Below are positions 21,570-32,574 of a DNA stretch of 63,204 bases, piece by piece. The DNA is taken from contig CBDBBG010000051.1 in the NCBI GenBank assembly GCA_965202585.1, positions 62,001-125,204 on the forward strand. Direction: 5' to 3'. The position numbers were made by a program, and so were the translations under genes. The notes beneath the pieces are model-generated. The model did not search any database. It saw nothing but the letters and a program-made list of their open reading frames with translations, and had not been told where the DNA came from. The DNA is from Thalia democratica. Its lineage: Eukaryota. Numbering within the stretch: position 1 is the stretch's first letter; the number at the start of each line of letters is the position of its first letter.

Positions 21570-23106
21570 ATTTTATGGATTCAGTAGATAATTTACAAAC
21601 AATTTTTGTAATCAAATAATTTATTCAAAACTACTGACTTTAGAATATATTATCAAAATAAAAACTATTTAAATTAGCTTAAAAAAGTAAATAAATATTT
21701 TGTTTAAATGATAAATTTTATTTAAACAAACTCATAATAACACATTAGCATTTATTTATCGTTAAGTATGTTATCAAAAAACTATCCAAAATATTGCGAA
21801 TAAATTTATGATTAGTAATAAAAGTAACTGAAGCTTCTAATACAAGCATGAAATACTTTGCAAAAACTTATATTACAATAGCAGAACTTTATAAAAACAT
21901 CAGTTACTACACATAGTATGCTATAAAACTTTTTTAATATTTAACACATTAGAAATTTGATTTGAAAAACTTAAATTCAATCCAAGAATTGAATATCTTT
22001 TAGAAGATACTTGAAAAATTTAAGTTATAAGTTTATTCATTGTATATTCCAAAAACACTTATTCTGGTATTTAGAAAACATTTAAATCGAAAAAAGGTTA
22101 AACTAAAAGCTGTTGTTGTAGTGCAATTTTACAAAGTTTAAATATTTTAACTCAATAATGAAATAAAAAAGGTTACATCATATTAAAGTAGAAACATTGA
22201 AATACGAAAATTAAACAAAAGTTTTTAAACTTAATTTAATAACAGTTTTCTAAATAAACTGCATGATAAATTATGAACTCTCTAACTATAAAACTTCAGA
22301 AAATTATCATACCTTGAAACAATAAGTACCTAAACTCTCCAATAAAAGGTTGACACGACTTGAAGAAAAACAAGTTACCATTGTTTTAGAGAAGTTAGTA
22401 AAAATACTGCTAATTAACCTTGAGTACCTAAAAATATCATTAAGATAATAAAGCTACTTAATATTTGAAAGGCAAAGATGCTTATTAAGAAACAAAACAT
22501 TTCTAAAACATAAAAACAAGACTTATTTTAAAGGTCAAGAAACATTTTAAGCAAATTAAACTTAGTTTTTTTTTGTTAATTAAAACAAGCCTGAATTTTT
22601 TATTTACTCAGAAAAGTTATGTGTGGCAACCATGCTACGAGTTCTAAACGAATTTAAATAGATGATTAATTTTTATTTAATTGAAATTGAATAACTGTTG
22701 TGTCATAAATTTGGAACCAGTAGAAAACTTATGTACTCAATAGAGCTTTGTATATCACTCAAAATTATAGAAAGACGGTGCAAAAAAAGTTCTCTTAGTT
22801 TTTAATATTAACTTAAGTTTAAAACTTGGAAAAATGTCATGATCAAAAAAATTATCACTTACTTCAACATGTATAAAAATATTTCTGTCAAGCTTGTTTT
22901 CAGATAAAATACTTACAAAATTTCTTCTATTAGCAAAAAAGCTTAAATTTTTTCTGAGAAATATACTATCATACTTGCAAAGCATTTTTTGTTTTAAACT
23001 TCTCAATCAATACGCAGGTAAAACATTAATTAAAACATACTGAATAAAATAGTAATATGATCGTGCTAAAATGCTTGCGTTCAACATTACAACAAATCAA
23101 ACATTT

Positions 23107-23678
23107 TCACGATTTAAACAAGCAGCTGAACAGTTTGGGCACCAGAACGGGCATCAACCCGGCAACCACAGCCACGATCATGTTCTTGTGCTCCCACAAA
23201 AACCCCCTGTTGCGAGAACGCCACTTTTCATGCACTTCCGCCATCCGCTCGCGACTCCTCCTGCTGATGTTCAGGCACGGCTCCACCTCCTCCAAACCGC
23301 ACTCTCCGAGCAGGGAAATCCCCGACAGCCCCATGTAGCTGTGGAGGGGGTCGGCGTGGACCTGCGGCCACTTGCCCATCCCCCCGGTCAGCGGGTCCTG
23401 GGTGGAGAGGACAAAGTGGACGGCTTCTTCCTTGGACACCGCGTCGAGGTGGCCGACAATCTTCAGGGTGGATCCGATCCAGAAGGTGTAGCAGGTGTCG
23501 TCGTCCTTGTGCGGTCGGCCGTGGAACCCGCACCGCTGCCGCCACAGCAGCCAGTTGGTCAGCTTGTCCATCTTGCTTCCGCCCAGCACCTCGTCCAGCT
23601 TGCCCATCATCTTCAGCGAAGCCACCGCGCAGAACGTCGACCCGCCGTGGCTCTCGTTGCATCGTCCCTGGCCGAAAC
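23107..23678 (-). CDS. PGGT1B: GGTase-I beta, coding exon 3 (copy 1); spliced CDS 1128 nt, 375 aa
   Basis: Acceptor ACGACAG|GT joins in frame to give GFGQG..ESHGGSTFC...HGRPHKDDDTCYTFW (Zn ligands D, C)...GGMGKW...DPLHSY (Zn ligand H)...LNIS. TGA stop at 23109-23107. Confidence 0.95.
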
Positions 23679-23887
23679 CTGTCGTTTGAAAGTTGATGGG
23701 TTTTTCACATCTCGCTTGGTTTTAATACTTTTTCAAAGGTTGTATAGTTAACATGGTATGAGAAAACGCTAGTGATTTTAAATAAAACAGCTGAAAGAAT
23801 TTTTGAAGATTAAAATATATTTTCAAATTTTTATTGTTACATTATTATACGTTTTACTTTGTTCATATGTTATTCTACAACACTAAC

Positions 23888-24084
23888 CTCCGTCGTAGGA
23901 GAAACTGCTCGCGATGAACTCACACGCTTTTGTGACGTCGACGCACGAGAAGTCGTTGAGTATGGTGCACACGCACATGGCGCAGTACATGAACCTCATG
24001 TCCCTCTCGCCATTTTCCACGCACATCTCCTTGAAACCACCGTCTTCCAGCTGGAGGGCTCTGATGCCTTCCAAGCAGCCTTTT
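23888..24084 (-). CDS. PGGT1B: GGTase-I beta, coding exon 2 (copy 1)
   Basis: Acceptor CAACAG|A joins in frame to give RKGCLEGIRALQLEDGGF...DMRFMYCAMCVC...SYDG. Donor G|GTTAGT (phase 1). Confidence 0.95.
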
Positions 24085-25777
24085 CTGTTGATGAGTCAGT
24101 TGCTTGTTGCGTTAAGAAAAGAAATTGCTGTTTAGCACGTTTTGGTTTATTTTTTCTCAAAATAAGCGCTTGTGTTTATGTCAGTTTTGTTATACTTTCA
24201 TTGCCTTGTATAAACACCACTATTGGTATCTTAAAAGTGCATACATCCATGTAGTTTATATTATTGAAGTTTGTGATTTAGTTAAAATTTAAGTGAAAAT
24301 TAAAATGAGTCAATAGATAGAGATCTTTTTAAATATACACTTTATTGCCAATGATGTCATTAAAACAGAGAAATTCAAGTCTTGATGCTAACAAGTTTTA
24401 CATCAGTGACTTTATACTTAAAGTAAAATACATTATTGACACTTAAAAAAAATACTGAGAAAGTCATGTAACTTGTTATAAATTATAAAAAGTTACTCAG
24501 TATAGTACACATTATTACACTCTTAGTTTTTTAATCAACACAACTTCTGAAGTAGTAAAACTTACTTAAGAAACTTTTTAACAGAAGTATCTAATACAGT
24601 TAAAACAAAACTTTTTATACTTAATATACGTATAACTAATATATTAACATTGAATTACTAGTCTACATTAACGCTAACAAGTAATAGAAACAGAATCAAA
24701 ACATGAAAACATTACTTTGCTGAAAAGAAAACTGCTGACTATCTTTGAATCAGTTTTGCTAAAAATAAAGAATGCTAGTATATGACAAAGGTAGCTAAAG
24801 GCTTTATGTTAAAGTTTATCTTAATATAAATTAATATATAATGATATCAAAGATTAAATATACACCATAGCTTTACTGAGTGGAAACTTTATTTTTAATT
24901 TATTATATTTATTATAAACGAACATGTTCTATATCCTGTATATGATTATTGACTGTTAGAAAATAACACTGAAATAACTTTGAAAAATTAAAACAAATTA
25001 GTATGATTTAATTAATAGCTATAAAAGTTGACTTTTAGTACAGGCATCTTACATTTTTTTTAAACATGAATTTGCAATGTCTATAACTGAAAATCTGTTT
25101 ATAAAGCTATAAAAATTCAATGTTATATAAAAATTATAATGTTATTGTAGTAGTTTAATTAAAATAAATTAAACAAATGTTTGATTGCTTATTATGTAAC
25201 CTTTGAAAAAAAGTTTTAAATATATTTTCATAATCTTTTTTTGATTGAAAACTTTTGAAGTTTTATGTTTATTAAGCAAAATGTTATGAACACAAACAAA
25301 TTTTAAATCTAATTTAAACCTACTTTATAAATCACTGTAAAAATATTTTTAAATGCAGAAACTAGCGCATGTAGCAAAAAAAAAATAAATTGGTGATAAT
25401 TTTAGTTCAAGAATTTTTCTTTTTAACTTGAAGAATTTTTTGATCAACTCTGAGAGTGTTTGATAATTTAAATTTTAAATAACATTTAAAATGATAACAA
25501 ACCTTTTTTTAAATCAAAGTCTATCGCTGTTAGACTAAAAGTTTTCTCAAAAATAGTTAATAAGCTAGTATAAAATTTAAAAAATTTTAAAGATGCAAAA
25601 CTTTACTAAATTTGTCTCCATAATATTTATCAAATTTATAAGAAAAGGTAATCAGACATTGTCAAACACAACTAATCAACTCTTATCAAATTATATAAAA
25701 AAAAAACAGTTCAATTAATCAACTAAACAAATCTTATAGTACTTAAGATTTAGAAAGGACAAAAAAAAAGTACAAAC

Positions 25778-26136
25778 CTGTCAACTCTTGACAAGTCATC
25801 CCCCAATATCAGCAATATCGACAGGGCGCAGTAAGTCATGGCAACGTGGGACGTGTTGTTTCCATTATCACACGCCCCATTAGAATCCCCTCCCATGAAA
25901 CCGCACCTGTGCAAGTTGTCCCCGCTCTCATTGGATACTATCTGCAGCGAGTATATCCAATCGACAAGCTCTTCCTGATCTTTCAACACGTGGAGGGAAT
26001 CCAACACGTCCAATGCCGACACGCAGAAGAAAATGATGGTGAGGCGTTGCGAGTCGAGCACACACATCTGGCTGGGCAGGGTGTTGAGGACCCGCGTGAA
26101 GTACTTGACGTGCTTCTCCTTGTAGAAATCACTCAT
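25778..26136 (-). CDS. PGGT1B: Geranylgeranyltransferase type I subunit beta, coding exon 1 (copy 1)
   Basis: MSDFYKEKHVKYF...RLTIIFFCVSALDVLDSL...WIYSLQ...RCGF...HVAMTYCALSILLILGDDLSRVD aligns with recalled PGGT1B. Donor AG|GTTTGT (phase 2) at 25778/25777. Confidence 0.95.
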
Positions 26137-26185
26137 GTGTTCGTTTTAATTTAAATTTTGCAATAATCTGTATGCAAAAGGTAGA
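26137..26185 (-). promoter_or_regulatory. Splice acceptor 31 nt upstream of the PGGT1B ATG, implying an upstream 5'-UTR exon (also 53979-54027)
   Basis: Minus strand CTACTTCTACCTTTTGCATACAG|ATTATTGC...AACACATG: a pyrimidine tract plus CAG with the AG at 26169-26168. Confidence 0.65.
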
Positions 26186-27064
26186 AGTAGAATTTGATAT
26201 AAGATTTTTTAAAGAGAATATTATACTTAGTAAAAGTAGAAAAAAATCCCATGACCTCAAAATTTACTACTTAACCTATCAAACTAAAGAATACAATGCT
26301 TTATCATTTTTTGTTAACTTTTAACATTTTCTTTTTAGTAAACTGATTAGTCTATATTTGCAACATGGATATTTTGTTTAGAAGATAAGACTTAACATAA
26401 TTGTTCTCAGTAAAACCTGGGTAAAAATAAAAAGCAGATGTATGTAAGTGAACTACTATATCTATTTCCAAGTATAAGTATATTTTTCATTTTTAGAAAA
26501 AAAAAACTATTTTGTTGAGATATGAAGTAAAATTATTTGAAATATCTTCATCAGTCAACTTACTAAGTGAAAATAACAATGGTATATGTTCAAGTACAAG
26601 TATATATAAATTGTGGAAAGCCTCAAGCTATCACTTGTATAACTTTATTATGTTGTTAACTATTTGACTTTTGAGGGTATCACTTTGCTAAAAATTAAAT
26701 GTTGAGGAAAATGTGCAGGTTTAATACTATAATGTAAAAGTCTTAAAAATGTTGTACACAAACTTTGAAACAAGAGTCTGGGTTAGTTTAGTTGATTCAC
26801 CTAGCCAAAAAAAAATTGTTATGATCAAAAGTGGTAACACTTTTTTAAGTAAACACTTTTCAAAAAAATAGAAATAACTGTATGATGTGTAATTGTCTGA
26901 AACTGCTTGCAATATTTGCTTGTAAAAAGAGCTGTTAATTACAACTTCATAGTTGAAATATTTTTGGTTTTAATACAGATAAAGCATAAGTTAAAAACAA
27001 AAAATACATTGTGTAAGATGAATAGAATTTACTAATTTATAATACAATAGATTAAGTTAAAAAA

Positions 27065-27548
27065 ATTCAGGACCAAGTAAAATAAATGACCCAAACTTTT
27101 GACAAGTTAAAAAATGACCTCGAAAGTGTCATTAAGTAAAAATAATGATCCCAGATATATTTTTACAACAAAAATTAACTATTTTCAATTAATTTTCACT
27201 TTGGTCACTTTTGCAACAATAAAAATTTTGCAGGAATAAAAATAAAAACTTATCAAAAAATACCAACCAAGGATGAGGGTTAAGGGTAACAGTAATAATA
27301 AAAAAATATCGACCAAAAGTAAGGGGTAACAATGATAGTTAAAAAATAGTGATATTAAATATGTATACACTTATAATATAAATAATAATTTTTAATTACT
27401 GACCAAGTGTAAGGGTTATGGGTAACAATGATAATTAAAGAATTAAGTAAAAATAATGAACCCAAAAATTGAACAAGTAAATAATATGTCCCTAGAAAAA
27501 TTTGGATTGAGTAAAAATAATGACCCAAAAGTCATTTATTTTACTTGA
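27065..27548. repeat. Cluster of short AGTAAAA(A)TAATGA(C/T)CC repeats ending in a hairpin; probable TE remnant (also 54907-55390)
   Basis: About five copies of the motif plus AAGGG(G/TT)TAACAATGATA variants. Near-perfect inverted pair AGTAAAAATAATGAC...GTCATTTATTTTACT at about 27509-27545. Confidence 0.6.
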
Positions 27549-27646
27549 TTTCAAAAACAAAAACAATAGTAAAATCCAACAGACAGATATTTCAACTTGT
27601 TGTATGGACATGTGATAAAATAAAATAAATTTAAAAGATCACTTAC

Positions 27647-27824
27647 AAACTTTCTTGTATGAACTTGAGTCCCTCACTCCTATACCTCAACTCAGTTTCA
27701 GAAGGAATTCCATCTTCAAAACTAGATGTTTTCTTCAGACCAGCCTTCTCCTAATACCAAATAGGCTTGCTCAGTTTATAGAAGGTTTTTTGGTGATGAC
27801 ATTAAGTTGGTTTTAATATATTTT
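27647..27824 (-). pseudogene. CCNK: Cyclin K-like N-terminal exon, disabled (copy 1)
   Basis: Translation KPIWY*EKAGLKKTSSFEDGIPSETELRYRSEGLKFIQE against recalled cyclin K [39 protein letters not shown]. In-frame TAG at 27753-27751 and a +1 A after the ATG at 27802. Flanked by TTCTAACAG| and |GTAAGT. Confidence 0.82.
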
Positions 27825-29176
27825 CTGTTAGAAGTTTAATAATTTGTAATACTAAGCTTTTACTTGTGTTGGGTATCTTGATAAAAATTTTCTTTTTATA
27901 TAAATTAGTTTGTCTGTTTGTACTTAAAAGAATTTATAATTAGTTGTATGGTTTGAAAGTTTCAATGAGTTTAAAGATAAATTTAAGTTAATATAAATGA
28001 AACATTTTAGACCTCACAGCTCACAAGTAGTTAATGTTCATAACTTTTCAAAAACAGACTAAGTTCTAAGACATAATTAGTCTAGCAACATAAAAAGTTT
28101 TTACAGCAGTATTATATCAGCACTTATTTAATTAAATAAACCAAATAAATGAGTTATGAAAAATTTAAACCGATAATATTTGTGGCTTAAAACTGAACTT
28201 GAACAATTTCAGAAATATCTTAATATAATGATGGCACAATCATTCATGAATATTTTGATAATTGTGTCTTTATTTAGCATTCACTCACTATGAACAATGT
28301 GGCTTTTTATTTTCTACCTGCTTCAAAAAGTTGTTATATCAGTGACTACAAAAACTCAGTAGTTTTGGCAAATATGGCAAAACGATTGAAACTAAATTAT
28401 AACTAAAATGAGTTTGCAAAAGTAAAGTGTAATGATATTACCTGATGAAAATAAAGGCTTTAAGCTAAATATAATTAATCTTATGCAAATTGTTAAGTAA
28501 TAAACATGTTTAAAGAAAATAGAAAAAAAAAAATTGTAAAATTTAGAGTTGAGAACTTAGTTTATACTTTTTTATGAAGTTGTCAATGTAGTTTATATGA
28601 GCACAATGAATTACTGTAGCTTAAATATTAAACAATACGTTCAACCAATTATCTTTACTGCAGTAAAAAATGTAGAAATTAAGAAAAACTTCAAAAGAAC
28701 AAACTGAAATGAAAATAAAATATAAACAATTTATTTTTTACCAAAAAAAAAAGTATCTAAGGTTTAACATTATGTAAAATAAAAAGTATTTAGTGATCGA
28801 AAAAGCTAAAAACCACCCTGCTGTGCTAAGATAGTGTTTCAATTTGTAGTTTTTATGAATTTTGTAAAATCTTACATTTTAATGTGACATCACAACTAAA
28901 TAGTGTTTTGCAAAATTATTTTTTTCAATGAATATTCATTTGAGAAAAGCACTTGTAGTAAAAACAGCTCTAGATGCTGTAAGTGTAAAGTAACTCTAAA
29001 TCTTTTTTTTTCTTTTTTATACTGTCTATGTGAGCTACTTAAGCAAACTCTATTTGATTGTCAATATTCTTGAAGATAAAACTTGATAGTTGTGGCTCAT
29101 TTTATCTTCTAAAAATCTTATGTTTGTACATTGTGTGAGTAAGTTTAAGAAAGCATTTGACCTAGTTTGGGAACCA

Positions 29177-29722
29177 ACAGTCTTGAAAGTTTATGTTGAT
29201 AATCTATACTATTTCTCATGCAAATTCTTTAAAAAATGTTTTTAATTTATCTTCTAATTCATCATATAATGCATTCATTGTACTTACAGTCTTGAAAGTT
29301 TATGTTGATAAAATATACTATCTCTCATGCAAATTCTTTGAAAAAAGTCTTTATTTTATCTTCTAATTCATCATATAATGCATTCATTGTACTTACAGTC
29401 TTGAAAGTTTATGTTGATAATCTATACTATTTCTCATGCAAATTCATTGAAAAAGTCTTTATTTTATCTTCTTATTCATCATATAATGCATTCATTGTAC
29501 TTACAGTCTTGAAAGTTTATGTTGATAACATATACTATCTCTCATGCAAATTCTTTGAAAAAAGTCTTTATTTTATCTTTTAATTCATCATATAATGCAT
29601 TCATTGTACTTACAGTCTTGAAAGTTTATGTTGATAATATATACTATTTCTCATGCAAATTCTTTGAAAAAATTCTTTATTTTATCTTTTAATTCATCAT
29701 ATAATGCACTCATTATACTTAC
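29177..29722. repeat. 109-bp minisatellite, unit copy 2
   Basis: 1335-1880 plus 27842. Confidence 0.95.
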
Positions 29723-32469
29723 ATGATGCTATAAAAAAATCATCAAGAGGCTTTAAAAACTTGCATCTCAGTCTTTGAAATCTTTAAAACATCATTGTAA
29801 AGTGAACTGAGTAGAAAAAATTTAAAAGAATTCTTTTGAAAATCTTTTGAACTTCTGTAAAATTTTAAAACTTCTAGGTTGTTTCAAATCCTTTGTCTTT
29901 ATAAGTTGTAACTGTAGCTTTCTCCTCCATGTTGGGTTTAGGCAATGGATCACACTTTTTTGGATTCTGATTGAAGATTAGTACCTACTACAGCAGCTGT
30001 TGAGGTTAGTTTGTTTAATAGTTAATCAGGTTGTTTTAATTTGTGCAAAACTTAGTATTTTTTGCTAGGGTTACCAGTCAGACTATTGAATATCAAAGTT
30101 AAGGATTTTTGGATATTATAATAAAACTTGATATTTTGTCTCAACTTTTTACTTATTAATATTTGAGTCCTTTTGTTACTATTAAGTTTTTGGAGTGCTC
30201 ATCCTTGAATAACATAAAGCTTTAGATGTTAATTAAGTTTTGCACAAATTCAGACTAGCACTTTTATTAACAGAATGGTAATCTTGGTTTGTACCATTAA
30301 CGTATATTTGTCTTGTTGGGCTTCATTCTCCTAAGATTACTTGGCTACCTCAATAAAAAGCTTAAAGAAGACTCAAAAATAAATAAAATCATTAAAAAGT
30401 AGCAACATTTGTGTTAAAATTTATGAGCTTGTATAAAGAAGTGTTGTATTCATGAATGAAGCTCAAAGAGACAGTAAGCTAAATGTAGAAGTTTATTTAC
30501 AACATAAAATTCAAGTTAATTAATTTTGATTGTATTAATGTAGTTTATATATTCATAGATTAATGATTTGTAAAAAGAAGTACTTCTTAAATTGTGCATA
30601 AAAGATAAGTAGCAAGAGTAATTATAAAACAAAGTGTTATTAGTTTCATAGATTGTTTTTTTTACAAAAGAAAACAGTTAAACCATATCAGGATTAGGTT
30701 TGCTAGTAAACAAAATGTTCCAAAATTGTAAGTTTACATTCATATATTTACAAAGCAGTTCACAGCAAGCAAAATTTAAAAGTTGTTAGTGCATATGTGT
30801 ATTGGGTTTATTCTTACCTTTGTTTAATTTTTTTATTCTTCTATCACTAACTTCTTTCTCTTCTTTTATCTATCAATAATTTCTTTTGTTCATATGTTTG
30901 CACTAATAAGCTTTTGACAACAACTTGCTGTACTGTTTTTTATGTATATGACAAATTTAAAGACTAAATTTTGGGAATACTATAAATATTAGTTTAATAG
31001 AGCCATGAAGATTTTAAGTGATGTTAAATGCAGAGTATTTAAGATGCAAGTATTTGACAAAATTTAAAATGAACTACATGCTACCAAACATATGTTATTG
31101 ACACAAAGTAGTATGGTTTAACTGTTTTAGTTTGTGACAATGTATAAAAAAGATAAATTGAAATCAGAAAATGTCTTTATTTTATATGCACAATTTAAGA
31201 AACAGACAATAAGTTGTTTTAATTCAATTGTTAGTACACTAAGCATTCAAAGTTTAAGTCTATTATTAAATATATGAAGTAAATTAAAGACTACCAGTTA
31301 GTAAATAGTAATGGTAGTAAAAGTGCATGAGAAACCTTTGTAGTTAATAGATTGGTAGATAGTTACTTAACAATTAGCCCAACGTAACTGTCATGGAAAA
31401 CTTTAGCTTATGTAAGTTACATGTAAAATGATATCCTGTAGTAGGAACAGTACAAAACTGAAGTTAAACAAAAAAAACAAACAATTTTTTACATTATGTT
31501 CTTTGACAAAAACATATTTGTTACTGAAATCTAAATAAATTCAACCTGTTTAGTTGAATCTTAAGTGTTTATTTATTTTTGAATAACTAAAGTTTTATAC
31601 TGTTTTGAATAGATTATAAAAGTAAATCAATTTACGTAAGCAAGTTAACTGACTATTGTTTGAATATAAATAGAGTACAGTTCAATCATATAAATAGATT
31701 TGTGTATGTACACATTTAAAAAATCTGTAGTTTCATATTAATCTTTCTTTTTTTATTTGCTTTATTTTCTGTCATTGAAAAGCACACCTATCTATGAGAT
31801 TGATGAACTGTTTTCTATGTACATGTAAAACATTAGGTAATTAACTAGGATAATGTAATATCTTAAACTATATTCATTTAATTTAGGCTGTACTAAACCA
31901 TAACTAAAGAATGCAATTATAACTAAGTCAATACATCTATAAGGTTTATTCTAAGAAGTACGCACCCGCATTAAGTACGCACTAAATTTTTTTATTTCAC
32001 ATTCCCTGTTACAAGTAAAGGTTATTTTTAAGAAGTACGCATCCACGTAAGGTACGCACTAAATTTTTAAGCCCCCACACCCATATTTTCAAAAATGGGG
32101 AATCCCCCAAACCGAAAACATAGTGAGATTTATTGATGGAGATTATTTAAATTTATTTTTTAAGGCATTTCGCCGGCTCCGCCGGCGAAAAATTTTTCAC
32201 ATTTTTCCTTTTCCCTTTTTCTCCACGGCCTTACTTCTTGAAGGCCACCTTTTTCTGTCAAATGGACCGTGAGTAGCGTAACTGTCAAACAAATATGTGT
32301 TGTATTTGTACGGTCTTTATCTGTTATCTTTTACTAACCTTGAGCTTATATGATCTAATTTATCAATGTATAACCATTAAAGGCCTGACGGTAATATCGG
32401 TTGATAGTTTATTAATTATTGACTGAGTGGTTTTGTATTGGTGAGTTTGAAAAGTAAGTTTTAGGTAGC

Positions 32470-32574
32470 GGACAAGAATTAAAAAAAAACAAAGGGCTAC
32501 GGCCGGTCGATGACACGGTGCTTCGCACCTGTCATCTCTCCGGCCTGCCCTTAGTTTTTTTTTAATTCTTGTCC
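32470..32574. repeat. 105-bp fold-back inverted repeat, unit copy 2
   Basis: 4628-4732 plus 27842. Confidence 0.92.

Larger units (their letters stand above)
1..27842. repeat. Tandem segmental-duplication unit, copy 1 (27,842 bp)
   Basis: Sequence at 1 recurs at 27843 and 55685. Every ORF recurs at a constant +27842 offset (1460/29302/57144, 8591/36433, 23107/50949, 27185/55027). Confidence 0.98.

Noticed and set aside
8591-22755. Short ORFs 8591-8884, 13893-14093, 16988-17209, 21217-21441 and 22755-23006
   Set aside because: F/L/K/I-rich products expected from AT-rich DNA, several with TTG starts, and no motifs. The 13893 ORF changes length with a single SNP between copies.
23107-23124. 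C-terminal CLFKS as a self-prenylation CaaX box
   Set aside because: The Cys is fifth from the end and a Lys occupies an aliphatic position, so it is not a canonical CaaX. Non-canonical C(x)3X use cannot be supported from sequence alone.
23057-23751. Plus-strand ORFs 23057-23338, 23071-23751, 23495-23689 and minus alternate-frame ORF 23228-23662 (and copy 2 equivalents)
   Set aside because: Shadow ORFs of the high-GC3 PGGT1B exon 3; stop codons are depleted in other frames and the products are low-complexity with no recognisable family.
23107-26136. Assignment as FTase beta or Rab GGTase beta
   Set aside because: RLTI-FF, GDDLSRV, LQLEDG, DMRF, GRP.K..DTCY.FW and GG..KW match GGTase-I beta specifically.
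23859-26154. Plus-strand ORFs 23859-24254, 23914-24135 and 25846-26154
   Set aside because: Antisense shadows of PGGT1B exons 2 and 1.
26727-27370. Hydrophobic minus-strand ORFs 26727-26912 and 27185-27370 as missing cyclin K exons
   Set aside because: No cyclin-box motif (YFHRFY, LFLAGKVEE) in the frames I translated; composition reflects A-rich plus-strand DNA.
1-27842. Polydnavirus or other viral circle as the identity of the whole unit
   Set aside because: No recognisable viral core genes, integrase, polymerase or junction repeats were seen, and the intact genes are cellular. Circularity cannot be tested from this window.
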